From the NCBI RefSeq assembly GCF_013315695.1, contig NZ_CP054353.1: a DNA stretch of 64,000 nucleotides. One strand, given 5' to 3'. Position numbers and translations under genes: made by a program. How positions within the stretch are numbered: the first letter of the stretch is position 1; every line of letters begins with the position of its first letter. This DNA comes from Escherichia coli (GTDB taxonomy: Bacteria; Pseudomonadota; Gammaproteobacteria; Enterobacterales; Enterobacteriaceae). The notes under the pieces were generated by a model, which worked only from the letters and a program-made list of their open reading frames with translations, was not told the DNA's origin and searched no databases. Of this stretch, positions 35,034 through 45,245 are shown piece after piece.

Positions 35034-37367
35034 TCAGGTTGTTGCAGGGTCGTCACATTTTGGCAGCCAGTCGCCGTAGCTTTCCTCTTTCAGCGTCAGG
35101 TTGGTCTGTATCCCCTGTTTGGTATGGCGCTTCTCGTAATTCAGTCCGTATTCCTTCAGCATCACCGGCAGCCCCAGCCCGAACATTTTCAGACTGAGTA
35201 CATTCCGGTAGCCGTTTGCCTCCATGTAGGCCAGATAGGCGTGATAGAGGTATTTACGGTAATTACGCGGGATGATACTGGCGTTCCCCATATACATGCC
35301 GCTGGTCTGCAGCAGGGTTTCCAGATAGCCGATAAAATCAAACGTCGGGTCGGCATCCCGTTTGATGTTCAGTGCCTCGTCTGAGTTCTGCTGGGACTGA
35401 AGCAGTGACCGGGCGAGCATCGGGTCGCTGAACTTCTGCATCAGGTGACGCACGATGACCGCCAGCTCGCGGGTGATTTTGTCCTTAAGCTGCGGGTCGC
35501 GCTCCTGCGGGGCTATCTGTTCCGGGAAGTGAATAATCACCCGCCGGCGTGACACGCCGCCGCTGCGGTCGGTGAAGCGCATCGGGTTATTGTTCACGGC
35601 CAGAATCACCGCCGGGATGTGCGTGGAGTACGCATCCCGGTATTTCGGGTCAACGGACACTGCATCGCCGCCGGTGATGGCCTTGAGTCCGGCTCCGTCG
35701 CCGCTCCATTTTTCCTGGTCCGGCAGGCGTATCAGTGAGAAGCCAGTTAACGCGGCACGTTCACGCGGGGATTCCAGCGTCTCGATGGTGGCCGACGTGG
35801 CGTTATCCTCACCGGCCAGCAGGGTGGCGATTTCGGCCATGATACTTTTGCCGCTGCCGCCGGGACCGGTCACCTCCAGAAAGAGCTGCCAGTCGTAGCG
35901 GTTTGCCAGCACCATAAACAGTGCGGCCAGAATCACGTCGCGTTTTTCCGCACGGCCACCGGCGGCACGGTCAAGCCAGCGCCAGAACGCGGGGGCGTGG
36001 GTCTCCAGCGTTTCACCGTCCACCGGCGGGGTGAAATCCACATCGCACAGGGTGCGCATCCAGTGTGACGGACTGTGCGGATGGAACGTGCCGTTCTGCG
36101 TGTCGAGCACGCCGTTACGAAAGCCAATCAGGCGGCGGGAGGGGGCTTCCTGCTGCGGAATAATCAGTTTCAGGGTGTCCACCACGGAGGCCACCTTCCC
36201 GGAGGAGAACGGCGCGCGCAGACGCTGAAACAGCCCGGCCACATCCCGGGCAAAGTCCTGTGGCGGCAGCACCTTCCAGACACCATTTTCATAGCGGGAC
36301 AGAAGCTGGCCGTTGGCATCGACCGCGAGCGCCTCGCCGTAATGCTCATAGATACGCATGGCCTTTTCGCTGGTACTCATGGCGGAAAACTCTGCTTCGC
36401 TCATGGTGTCGAACGGGCTTTCAGCCGGTGGCCGGATGGCATCGTAAATGGCCTTACGGGTGGCCTCCCCGCCGTACTGCGTGAAGGCATCATTCCAGTC
36501 ACCGAAGACCGGCGGCAGGGCAACAACGCCCTCACACGCATCTGCGGCTGCGGCGGCTTTTTTCTGGCCGTCACCGCTGAGGTCACGGTCTGCGGCAAGG
36601 ACAATCTGACAGGCCGGATGCTTCTGCCGGGCAAGGCTGGCCAGAGAAAGGAGGTTCACGGAAGAAAGCGCCACCATCACCGTTTCACCGGTCAGGTGAT
36701 GCACGGTAAGTGCGGTCGCGTATCCCTCCGCTATCCACAGACGTTTTCCGGCCTGATTCTGTCCTTCAAGGGTGTGACAGGTGCCCCTGACCTGTCCGCC
36801 TTTCAGGGTGCGCTTACGGCCGTCAGCACTGATTAACTGAAGGTTAACCAGTTCGCCGCTGTCGTCATACAGTGGCACCACAAGGTCACCGGCGCGCCAG
36901 CTCACGCCACCGGCTCTGTGTGTGCCGGTCAGCATCCGGCATTCCCGGCCGGGAAAGCCCTTGCGGGTCAGGTAGGCGTTACCGGTTCCGGGACGGGTTT
37001 TTGCCATCAGGGTTTGTGCCAGTGCGGCGGCGTTCTTCCGGGCAGCGTCTGTTTCAGCAACGGCGGCGGCCGTCACTGCCGGGTCAGCCGGGGGCAGGCT
37101 GCCGGTCACGGCAGCCACCTTTGCGGCCGCGTCGGACGGAGAGACACCAAACACCTTTCCAACCAGTTTCAGGCCGTCACCGGCACCACACTGATTGCAG
37201 TACCAGGTGCCGCGCCCCTCCCTGTCATCAAAACGGAAGCGGTCACTCCCGCCACAGACCGGACAGGGCTGATGACGGTTTTTCAGCACCTGAATCCCCA
37301 GCGCCGGGAGAATACGCGGCCAGTGGCCGAGCGCATGGCTGACGGTGGCGGTTACGTTCATTTTCAT
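35034..37367 (-). CDS. P4 alpha-type primase-helicase replication protein
   Basis: 777-aa ORF; N-terminal zinc motif CPVCGG...CNQCG; central Walker A GPGGSGKS. Confidence 0.9.
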   Translation of the reverse strand: MKMNVTATVSHALGHWPRILPALGIQVLKNRHQPCPVCGGSDRFRFDDREGRGTWYCNQCGAGDGLKLVGKVFGVSPSDAAAKVAAVTGSLPPADPAVTAAAVAETDAARKNAAALAQTLMAKTRPGTGNAYLTRKGFPGRECRMLTGTHRAGGVSWRAGDLVVPLYDDSGELVNLQLISADGRKRTLKGGQVRGTCHTLEGQNQAGKRLWIAEGYATALTVHHLTGETVMVALSSVNLLSLASLARQKHPACQIVLAADRDLSGDGQKKAAAAADACEGVVALPPVFGDWNDAFTQYGGEATRKAIYDAIRPPAESPFDTMSEAEFSAMSTSEKAMRIYEHYGEALAVDANGQLLSRYENGVWKVLPPQDFARDVAGLFQRLRAPFSSGKVASVVDTLKLIIPQQEAPSRRLIGFRNGVLDTQNGTFHPHSPSHWMRTLCDVDFTPPVDGETLETHAPAFWRWLDRAAGGRAEKRDVILAALFMVLANRYDWQLFLEVTGPGGSGKSIMAEIATLLAGEDNATSATIETLESPRERAALTGFSLIRLPDQEKWSGDGAGLKAITGGDAVSVDPKYRDAYSTHIPAVILAVNNNPMRFTDRSGGVSRRRVIIHFPEQIAPQERDPQLKDKITRELAVIVRHLMQKFSDPMLARSLLQSQQNSDEALNIKRDADPTFDFIGYLETLLQTSGMYMGNASIIPRNYRKYLYHAYLAYMEANGYRNVLSLKMFGLGLPVMLKEYGLNYEKRHTKQGIQTNLTLKEESYGDWLPKCDDPATT

Positions 37368-37381
37368 GGTGTTGTTCTCCT

Positions 37382-37702
37382 TCAGTGCAGTACCGGCGCT
37401 TTTATGTGACGGGCACAGAGTTCATCCATCACAACCAGCCCGAGAAAGGACAGCGACGGCGCGGCCTTCAGGGGGCCGGATTCCATTAAATCTTCCAGCA
37501 GGGCACAGGCTATCTGACGCCCTTTTTCCTCACCGTGCTGGCGCAGATAAAAGCCTTCCAGCTCAGCGGCGATGGCCGCCTCCAGTGACTCAAGGGTGAG
37601 ATGCGGGTAGCGGTGCTGACGTTCGCACACGGTCAGCCAGGCACAGGCGACAGCGCGACGGTAAAGGGCAGCACGTAAGACGGGCGGTAAGGGTGTTTTC
37701 AT
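37382..37702 (-). CDS. hypothetical protein of satellite left operon
   Basis: 106-aa ORF immediately upstream of alpha, same strand. Confidence 0.5.
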
Positions 37703-37837
37703 TTGTTTTCCTCCCTGTGACAGATGACTGCATTCCGTGCCGGTTGCATTAACTGATAAGGCATATCTGCGTCTCCTGAAGACGTGCGTATCCCTGCGCG
37801 AATACGCACATTTAATTTTTCGGGTGTCGTTTTTTAA

Positions 37838-38293
37838 TTACAGATAATTGCGGTAACTGTTATCCGGGGTGATTTCCGGGTCAGGCTCCGTGCGGGGAAT
37901 TTCCCGCCATTCCCGCGCCACCGGTGCCGCCCGGCTGACCGGAACAGGGGCCTGCGGGTAAATATCCAGATATTTCTCCCGCCATTTCTGTAATTCCGGG
38001 TCTCCGGCCATTTCTTTCAGTACCGCATGCCGGTTTACGGGGCTGCGTTTAAACAGGTCAGGACGGTCACAGGTAAATTCCCGCAGAAAACGCCCCAGCG
38101 GGATGTCTGTGGTGCGCCCGTCAGCGAGGATACGCACAAGGATACTGAATTTACGGCGGTACGGGTTCCAGACAATGTCCGGGCAGCGGTACGGCATTTC
38201 CCACGGAATACCGTCTTCCAGAATGCCGACCACGGCCACATCGGGAAAACCGGCAGAACGGTAAATCTCACCGGGCTGGGGAAAATCAAACAT
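37838..38293 (-). CDS. hypothetical protein of satellite left operon (size matches P4 orf151)
   Basis: 151-aa ORF; ATG overlaps stop of upstream ORF (ATGTTTGA). Confidence 0.55.
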   Translation of the reverse strand: MFDFPQPGEIYRSAGFPDVAVVGILEDGIPWEMPYRCPDIVWNPYRRKFSILVRILADGRTTDIPLGRFLREFTCDRPDLFKRSPVNRHAVLKEMAGDPELQKWREKYLDIYPQAPVPVSRAAPVAREWREIPRTEPDPEITPDNSYRNYL

Positions 38294-38573
38294 GCGTCTT
38301 GTCTCCCCGGTCTTTCTGCTGGGCGAGAAAATCGCGGCACAGGCCTTTGGCTTTCAGCTCATTCAGCACAAAATCAATATCTTCATTCAGGTAGCTGAAA
38401 ATATGCGGAATGTAGAGCTGATGCAGGCCGGAGAGTTCACGGTGAATCAAATCACCCCCAACAAACTGGGATACGGCGCTGGCGCGGTTGAGCTTATGGT
38501 AAGCCTCAATGCTGAGGTGTTCACGGGCGTCATGACGCGCTGAGACGGTCTGAGGGGCTTTTTTATTACGCAC
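38286..38573 (-). CDS. putative epsilon-like helper-derepression protein (95 aa from GTG start)
   Basis: 95-codon frame from GTG at 38573 overlapping next gene; position upstream of orf151/alpha as in P4. Confidence 0.4.
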   Translation of the reverse strand: MRNKKAPQTVSARHDAREHLSIEAYHKLNRASAVSQFVGGDLIHRELSGLHQLYIPHIFSYLNEDIDFVLNELKAKGLCRDFLAQQKDRGDKTHV

Positions 38574-39161
38574 GGGACACCTCCACCACCGGCAGACGGG
38601 CAGCAAGGGAGAGCACATAGTCACGGACAAGGGAACGGCGGGCACTGCGTTCATCACCGGCGACGGTGCGAAGCATGCAGATACGGGGATGACGGTCTGC
38701 GCGACGGACAGCCGCAAACACAAAGACAAATTCAGGGTGTGAAGGGGTAAGGGTTGTAGCCATGATGGCAGCCTCCGTTAGATAGCAGGTTACGCTATCG
38801 CCGGAGTTTCCACGCTCGATGGCGATAGCCCAGACGGGGGTGGAAATACCGGCTCTAACGGATACCGGCCAGCCCGGAGGCTGCCCCGCCTGAGCTACCA
38901 TTGACTCTGCGGCATAATGAGCGGACGCGGGCAGGATGCACGGAGTTCCATCTGCTCGACTGACCACACACCACACCATAATCTGGCGCTCTGTGGCGTT
39001 GATTGCGACACAAAAAAAGACGCATGGCGCGTCATATGTCGCCGTTAGATTGCTCGGGTTTCCACGCCCGGCTGCCGATTTTGCGACAGCGGAAAAACTA
39101 TATCCGCAAATGCCGGAAAAAGGCAAGCCAGAAAAAGGGACTTTTTGCAGAACAGGCATCA

Positions 39162-39380
39162 TCATGCGTCGTACCCCCGTTTGCGTCCGGCAATGCGGCC
39201 GGCCATCCATGCGGTGACTTCAGAGTGCAGCCAGGCCACATTTTTACCGCCAAGACTCACCTGCGGCGGAAATTCCCCCTTACGGATGAGTTCGTAGATG
39301 GTCGAGCGTGACAGGCCGCACAGGTGCATCACTTCCGGAAGACGTAAAAAACGCTCCTGTGTGATGTCCGGCAGCGGCAT
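39162..39380 (-). CDS. AlpA/Vis-family excisionase-like transcriptional regulator
   Basis: product from [32 protein letters not shown] (AlpA-type HTH). Confidence 0.75.
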   Translation of the reverse strand: MPLPDITQERFLRLPEVMHLCGLSRSTIYELIRKGEFPPQVSLGGKNVAWLHSEVTAWMAGRIAGRKRGYDA

Positions 39381-39704
39381 CAGTGGCGTCACAGGGGCGG
39401 GAGACGGGGAAGAAAAAACAGCTTGCATCGGGCTACCTCGTTAATGTCCATACAGCACCGGATAAGTCCGTCCGGCTTCGGGTAGCGCTTTATTTTGTGA
39501 ATATTTTCGGCAGACGCAACAGGGGGGATTTGTTCCGGCAGCCTTACAATGGCTGTGCATTTTTTGTACATCAGCGCCAGATAGCTTTAAAACGCTCTGG
39601 AAGGAGCTGGAAAAAATTATAGTGAAATACAAATTGTTTTTTCTTATTTATTTCAGTGAATTAATAAAAATAAAAAGTAATAAACAGCACAAAAAGCCCA
39701 TCAA

Positions 39705-39815
39705 CGGGTGAACAGTGGTGAACAGACGGTGAACAGTCATTACTGCGATTGTTCACCCTTTAACTTACTGTATTACTTATCTTTTTTCTTATTGTGAACA
39801 GAGGTGAACAGTAAA
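39705..39815. repeat. second iteron cluster (GTGAACAG/TGTTCACC repeats), P4 ori/crr-type
   Basis: gggtgaacagtggtgaacagacggtgaacag ... ttgttcaccc ... gtgaacagaggtgaacag; about 4.9 kb from first cluster. Confidence 0.6.
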
Positions 39816-39890
39816 ATATAAAAAAAACAAACAGTAAGCCGGTTTTTCCTGCGACCTTTTCCTGGCTTGCCGGTCGGAGGATGAGTCTCC

Positions 39891-39908
39891 TGTGTCAGGG
39901 CTGGCACA
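39891..39908 (+). promoter_or_regulatory. TGT-N12-ACA activator site (Ogr/Delta-type) of a Psid-like late promoter
   Basis: TGTgtcagggctggcACA centred about 80 nt upstream of sid ATG. Confidence 0.45.
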
Positions 39909-39980
39909 TCTGCAATGCGTCGTGTTGTTGTCCGGTGTACGTCACAATTTTCTTAACCTGAAGTGACGAGGAACCGGAAA

Positions 39981-40715
39981 ATGTCTGACAACACCATCCC
40001 TGAATATCTGCAACCCGCGCTGGCACAACTGGAAAAGGCCAGAGCCGCCCATCTTGAGAACGCCCGCCTGATGGATGAGACCGTCACGGCCATTGAACGG
40101 GCAGAGCAGGAAAAAAATGCGCTGGCGCAGGCCGACGGAAACGACGCTGACGACTGGCGCACGGCCTTTCGTGCAGCCGGTGGTGTCCTGAGCGATGAGC
40201 TGAAACAGCGCCACATTGAGCGCGTGGCACGCCGGGAGCTGGTACAGGAATATGACAATCTGGCCGTGGTGCTGAATTTTGAACGCGAACGCCTGAAAGG
40301 GGCGTGTGACAGCACGGCCACCGCCTACCGGAAGGCACATCATCACCTTCTGAGTCTGTATGCAGAGCATGAGCTGGAACACGCCCTGAATGAAACCTGT
40401 GAGGCGCTTGTCCGGGCAATGCATCTGAGCATCCTGGTACAGGAAAATCCGCTCGCCAACACCACCGGCCATCAGGGCTACATCTCACCGGAAAAGGCTG
40501 TCATGCAGCAGGTGAAATCATCGCTGGAACAGAAAATAAAACAGATGCAAATCAGCCTCAGCGGTGAGCCGGTTCTCCGGCTGGCCGGACTGTCAGCGGC
40601 AACACTCCCGCACATGGATTATGAGGTGGCAGGCACACCGGCGCAGCGCAAGGTGTGGCAGGACAAAATAGACCAGCAGGGAGCAGAGCTGAAGGCCAGA
40701 GGACTGCTGTCATGA
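39981..40715 (+). CDS. sid: Sid-like external scaffold / capsid size determination protein
   Basis: 244-aa product from MSDNTIPEY; first gene of sid-delta-psu order. Confidence 0.7.
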   Translation: MSDNTIPEYLQPALAQLEKARAAHLENARLMDETVTAIERAEQEKNALAQADGNDADDWRTAFRAAGGVLSDELKQRHIERVARRELVQEYDNLAVVLNFERERLKGACDSTATAYRKAHHHLLSLYAEHELEHALNETCEALVRAMHLSILVQENPLANTTGHQGYISPEKAVMQQVKSSLEQKIKQMQISLSGEPVLRLAGLSAATLPHMDYEVAGTPAQRKVWQDKIDQQGAELKARGLLS

Positions 40716-41212
40716 TTTACTGCCCGTCGTGTGGACATGTTGCTCACACCCGCCGCGCACATTTCATGGACGATGGCACCAAGATAATGATTGCACAGTG
40801 CCGGAATATTTATTGCTCTGCGACATTTGAAGCGAGTGAAAGCTTTTTCTCTGACAGTAAAGATTCAGGAATGGAATACATTTCAGGCAAACAGAGATAC
40901 CGCGATTCACTGACTTCTGCCTCCGGCAGTATGAAACGCCCGAAAAGAATGCTTGTGACCGGATATTGTTGTCGGAGATGTAAAGGCCTTGCACTGTCAA
41001 GAACATCGAGGCGTCTGTCTCAGGAAGTCACCGAGCGTTTTTATGTGTGCACGGAGCCGGGTTGTGGTCTGGTGTTTAAAACGCTTCAGACCATCAACCG
41101 CTTCATTGTTCGCCCGGTCACGCCGGACGAACTGGCAGAAAGCCTGCATGAAAAACAGGAACTGCCGCCAGTACGGTTAAAAACACAATCATATTCGCTG
41201 CGTCTGGAATGA
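40712..41212 (+). CDS. Delta-like late transcription activator (two Ogr-type zinc fingers)
   Basis: 166-aa product from MIYCPSCGH; two CxxC...CxxC units (CPSCGH...CRNIYC and CRRC...CTEPGC). Confidence 0.75.
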   Translation: MIYCPSCGHVAHTRRAHFMDDGTKIMIAQCRNIYCSATFEASESFFSDSKDSGMEYISGKQRYRDSLTSASGSMKRPKRMLVTGYCCRRCKGLALSRTSRRLSQEVTERFYVCTEPGCGLVFKTLQTINRFIVRPVTPDELAESLHEKQELPPVRLKTQSYSLRLE

Positions 41213-41285
41213 GGGCTGCCGGTTAACCCCGGCCGTCGCCGCACACCGTATTTTTATTCTTCAGCATGATGAGAAAGAGATAACG

Positions 41286-41858
41286 ATGGAAAGCACAGCC
41301 TTACAGCAGGCCTTTGACACCTGTCAGAATAACAAAGCAGCATGGCTGCAACGCAAAAATGAGCTGGCTGCGGCCGAACAGGAATATCTGCGGCTTCTGT
41401 CAGGAGAAGGCAGAAACGTCAGTCGCCTGGACGAATTACGCAATATTATCGAAGTCAGAAAATGGCAGGTGAATCAGGCCGCCGGTCGTTATATTCGTTC
41501 GCATGAAGCCGTTCAGCACATCAGCATCCGCGACCGGCTGAATGATTTTATGCTGCAGCACGGCACAGCACTGGCGGCCGCACTGGCACCGGAGCTGATG
41601 GGCTACAGTGAGCTGACGGCCATTGCCCGAAACTGTGCCATACAGCGTGCCACAGATGCCCTGCGTGAAGCCCTCCTGTCCTGGCTTGCGAAGGGTGAAA
41701 AAATTAATTATTCCGCACAGGATAGCGACATTTTAACGACCATCGGATTCAGGCCTGACGCGGCTTCGGTGGATGACAGCCGTGAAAAATTCACCCCTGC
41801 GCAGAACATGATTTTTTCGCGTAAAAGTGCGCAACTGGCATCACGTCAGTCTGTGTAA
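41286..41858 (+). CDS. psu: Psu-like polarity suppression / capsid decoration protein
   Basis: 190-aa ORF following delta. Confidence 0.75.
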   Translation: MESTALQQAFDTCQNNKAAWLQRKNELAAAEQEYLRLLSGEGRNVSRLDELRNIIEVRKWQVNQAAGRYIRSHEAVQHISIRDRLNDFMLQHGTALAAALAPELMGYSELTAIARNCAIQRATDALREALLSWLAKGEKINYSAQDSDILTTIGFRPDAASVDDSREKFTPAQNMIFSRKSAQLASRQSV

Positions 41859-41892
41859 AACTCCCCGAAAATCCGCCCGTTTTACTGAAAAA

Positions 41893-41921
41893 AGCCATGC
41901 ATCGATAAGGTGCATGGCTTT
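41893..41921 (+). terminator. putative terminator hairpin after psu
   Basis: agccatgca...tgcatggct stem followed by T-containing tract. Confidence 0.4.
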
Positions 41922-42021
41922 GCATGCGTTTTCCTGCCTCATTTTCTGTAAACCGTGCCATTCCCGGCGCGGTCTGAGCGTGTCAGTACAACTGCATTAA
42001 AACCGCCCCGCAAAGCGGGCG

Positions 42022-42040
42022 GGCGAGGCGGGGAAAGCAC
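42022..42040. other. cos site 19-mer GGCGAGGCGGGGAAAGCAC (P2/P4-type cohesive end)
   Basis: exact 19-mer as remembered for P2/P4 cohesive ends; located between psu and cargo/int. Confidence 0.5.
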
Positions 42041-42074
42041 TGCGCGCAGTATAAGAATTAAATAGGTATGGATT

Positions 42075-44033
42075 TTAAAATCCATCAAGTAGCTGATTGA
42101 TACCATTGCTCTCATCACAATTTATTTGCTCTAACTCAAATAAAGCACTGTCGTACTTTATTTGGGGAGTGTTTTCAAATGACAATAAAGATTCGATTAG
42201 TCTTATTTCTTTATCTTTATTTATGTCTTTAAGTGAGTCTAAAGTTAAATTGAATTTAACTTCGGGTTGTTTTCCTACTTCCATCATGATATTTGACTCC
42301 AACTCTGGATCAGTATTGAAGAATCGATGTGTCTTATGGAAATAACTAGGTTTTCTTGATTTTAAAATACTTAGTATATCCGACTTGATAGTGCTTTCCC
42401 GTGCTATCACAAGCCAATGGTTGGCAACCCCTGTGATGGTGGTAATGATGTGGGAGCCATTTTCACTTAGTTCATTAAAGGCTCTTAAGTCACCCTTGAA
42501 AAAATCATTTAGCAACTCATTTTCTTTATCTTTATCAAAAAGGTAAATTATTGAATTGCCGGCTAATGATATTTCAGCCTTGGTTTTTATAGTATCGCAA
42601 TTAAATTGCGCGGTCTCATTTTTTAATTCTTCGTAAGATGATTTTAAGTCTAAAAGCAAGCATTTTATTATACTTGATCTGAAAGATGAGTAATCAATAT
42701 CAGCACAAAGTGAAAATAAATTTCTGTGACGAATGGATTCAGGGCTGTAATATAGCTTTGTTAATATTTCTTTTTGGCGTTCTTTTGTGTCACGACAGAT
42801 AAACATAGCTGCAAAATATTCCATTAATGATTTGTGTGACCAACGAATAATAGCGCCTTCTTTGACAAATAATGGAACGGTTTCAATTAAGTCCTGAATA
42901 AAAAGAGATGGTGAAGTTGATATTCCGGGAATTTTTGAAATGATATTTTGCAATGTTATTTGCAGATCGTCTTTCGTAAACTCAATTTTACCTCCGTCTT
43001 TCAAACACCAAAAACCTAATCTCCTTAAGACCTGATGGAAGTCAGTGGAGTCTAGCTTAGAAAATTTTTCTCTAACATAACCAAGTTCTTTAGTTAAATC
43101 ATGAGACTCATACAAAGCGTCAAATACTTGGCTATAAAATAACTCTCTTTTTCTTGGTATTATCGGTTTGAATTTATATGCACAAAATAATAATGAAACA
43201 TAAAGAGGTGTGGATAAAAATTCATTTAGATTATGACCATTCTCCAGTCGTAATCCTTTAATTAATTGAGATGAAATAGGGCCACGTCCATCATATCGAC
43301 GTAATAGATCATACGCTTGATTCGTTTCTAATGGGTTGATTTTAAATCTTGAGAAACCATGTAGTTCTGATAAGAAATTATCATGACGAGAAGTTATAAT
43401 TATTTTGCTTTCTGAGAAATTATTAGCAAAGGTACTTAGTAAATTTACGATCTTGGATTTGAGTTGTTGTGGGATTTCATCTATGCCATCGAAAAGATAA
43501 ATAAAAGGGATTTTTTTGAGGCAGTTGTCTGAAATGTCTTCTCCTAAACCAAGTTGATGTTTCACCTGTAGCGCAAAATCATAATCTTTAGCACGTCGTA
43601 ATTCAATGTATATTGGAATGTATTCCTTATTAGCGATGCAATCTAAAGCAATTCTTTTCATTAGGGTGGACTTACCCATTCCTGCTGAGTCAGTGATTAA
43701 TATATGATTGAAATTATCTAATAAATCTGCATTGTCTTTTATTAGGCATGTGTATGGTTTTTTTTCATTATCGTAATAAATGCTCATTGGCTCATAAATA
43801 TCTAGAAGCTCTACTGGAGTATTTTGAAAAGCTAAGGTATTCACAAGGGAGCATTGCCCTTTCACATTTGATAGGAAACGTTCAAGATTTTTATTCAAGA
43901 AGCGTGCTGCATGTACATCTATTAAATAATTACGAACACTACTTTCTATGATAGGTAATATTTTATTCTTAATAACCTCCTTTGCCCATGGAAGGGATGC
44001 AGAGACTAATACATCAAGAGATACTGGTTGCAT
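42075..44033 (-). CDS. NACHT-type STAND NTPase (bacterial NLR-like), candidate anti-phage protein
   Basis: 652-aa ORF; Walker A DSAGMGKST, Walker B IYLFDGIDEI, sensor-1 KIIITSR; visibly AT-rich; starts 3 nt after int stop. Confidence 0.7.
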   Translation of the reverse strand: MQPVSLDVLVSASLPWAKEVIKNKILPIIESSVRNYLIDVHAARFLNKNLERFLSNVKGQCSLVNTLAFQNTPVELLDIYEPMSIYYDNEKKPYTCLIKDNADLLDNFNHILITDSAGMGKSTLMKRIALDCIANKEYIPIYIELRRAKDYDFALQVKHQLGLGEDISDNCLKKIPFIYLFDGIDEIPQQLKSKIVNLLSTFANNFSESKIIITSRHDNFLSELHGFSRFKINPLETNQAYDLLRRYDGRGPISSQLIKGLRLENGHNLNEFLSTPLYVSLLFCAYKFKPIIPRKRELFYSQVFDALYESHDLTKELGYVREKFSKLDSTDFHQVLRRLGFWCLKDGGKIEFTKDDLQITLQNIISKIPGISTSPSLFIQDLIETVPLFVKEGAIIRWSHKSLMEYFAAMFICRDTKERQKEILTKLYYSPESIRHRNLFSLCADIDYSSFRSSIIKCLLLDLKSSYEELKNETAQFNCDTIKTKAEISLAGNSIIYLFDKDKENELLNDFFKGDLRAFNELSENGSHIITTITGVANHWLVIARESTIKSDILSILKSRKPSYFHKTHRFFNTDPELESNIMMEVGKQPEVKFNLTLDSLKDINKDKEIRLIESLLSFENTPQIKYDSALFELEQINCDESNGINQLLDGF

Positions 44034-44036
44034 GAA

Positions 44037-45245
44037 TTATACCTTATTTTCTACGTTTAAATTTTTGACCTTAAGTCCCCACCAGTTCATTAAATCGATT
44101 CTGGTATGTAAATATGTTGAGCGGTTATATGCTCTTCTAACTTCGTTTTTGTCAGAGTGCGCTAAAGCAGCTTCAATGACATCTGGGTTAAAACCTCTTT
44201 CATTCATGGCTGTACTTGCTATTGAACGTAGACCATGAGCAACCAGCTTCCCGCCATAACCAATACGTTTTAAAGCAGCATTAGCAGTTTGGCTATTCAT
44301 TGGCTGTTTTGGGTCATTTCTACTGGGAAAAACATGTTCACGATGAGCACTGATTGGTTTCATTACCTCCAGAATCTCTATTGCCTGAGGTGATAAAGGA
44401 ACAATGTGTTCCCGCTTAGCTTTCATCCGTTCGGCTGGAATAGTCCAGAGCTTTGCGTCAAGATCGATCTCTGCCCAACGAGCACCGGAAGCTTCAGAAG
44501 GGCGCACAAGGGTCAGAAGCTGCCACTCAATTAGACAGCGAGTCGAAACAGAGAGGTTCGACATCACCAAAGAGCGCATGAGTTTTGGTAATTCTTCAGG
44601 TCGTAGCGTTGGCATGTGTTGCTTTTTGGGTTTCTCAAATGCCATACCAATACCAGATGCCGGGTTTGCATCAATCAGGCCAGTGTTGACGGCGTAGATC
44701 ATGATTTCGTTAATACGCTGCACCAGTCGACGTACAGTCTCTAGCGCCCCACGTGCTTTGATTGGCTCAAGGGTTTCAACTAGTGTTCGGGCTTTGATTT
44801 GCTGGACAGGGATCTCCCCGATGACAGGGAATACGTCTTTTTCCAGTGACCGCCATATATCTTTAGCGTAATCGGGTGTAACGCTTTTGCTTTTGAGCTG
44901 GAACCAGTTAGCGGCGACCGTTGAAAAAATACTGTCCAGAGCGATTTGCTGCTGTTCCTCTGCAACTTCGGCCTGAATTTGCGGGTCAATTCCGTTGGCT
45001 AACAAAGCAAGGTAATCCGCTCTTAACCGTCGAGCATCAGCAAGTGAAAGGGCGGGGAAAGCACCAAGCCCCATCATTGTCCGCTGTTTTGTTGCTGGAC
45101 GTTGATAACGGAAACGCCACAACTTCTTACCGTTCGTTTTAACGAGCAGAAAAAGACCATCGCCATCATGTAACGTTAGATCCTTTTCTAACGCTCTAGC
45201 GCGCAGAACTTCTGTGCTGGTCAGGGGGCGTGTCGTTCTTGCCAC
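44037..45245 (-). CDS. P4-type tyrosine integrase
   Basis: 402-aa ORF; conserved R...HxxR...Y catalytic pattern near C-terminus (AHGLRSIAST, Y in RRAYNRSTY); adjacent to ssrA 3' fragment. Confidence 0.9.
   Translation of the reverse strand: MARTTRPLTSTEVLRARALEKDLTLHDGDGLFLLVKTNGKKLWRFRYQRPATKQRTMMGLGAFPALSLADARRLRADYLALLANGIDPQIQAEVAEEQQQIALDSIFSTVAANWFQLKSKSVTPDYAKDIWRSLEKDVFPVIGEIPVQQIKARTLVETLEPIKARGALETVRRLVQRINEIMIYAVNTGLIDANPASGIGMAFEKPKKQHMPTLRPEELPKLMRSLVMSNLSVSTRCLIEWQLLTLVRPSEASGARWAEIDLDAKLWTIPAERMKAKREHIVPLSPQAIEILEVMKPISAHREHVFPSRNDPKQPMNSQTANAALKRIGYGGKLVAHGLRSIASTAMNERGFNPDVIEAALAHSDKNEVRRAYNRSTYLHTRIDLMNWWGLKVKNLNVENKV

Noticed and set aside
36075-37409. Several 150-250-aa plus-strand ORFs within the alpha primase gene
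   Set aside because: Antisense to a 777-aa conserved gene; Arg/Gly-rich translations typical of GC-rich antisense frames
38566-39210. 214-aa minus-strand ORF spanning the region between the epsilon-like gene and vis
   Set aside because: Composition is non-protein-like (Arg/Pro/Cys-rich, no motifs) and it covers the region expected to be the non-coding immunity/leader region; probably a chance frame in GC-rich DNA
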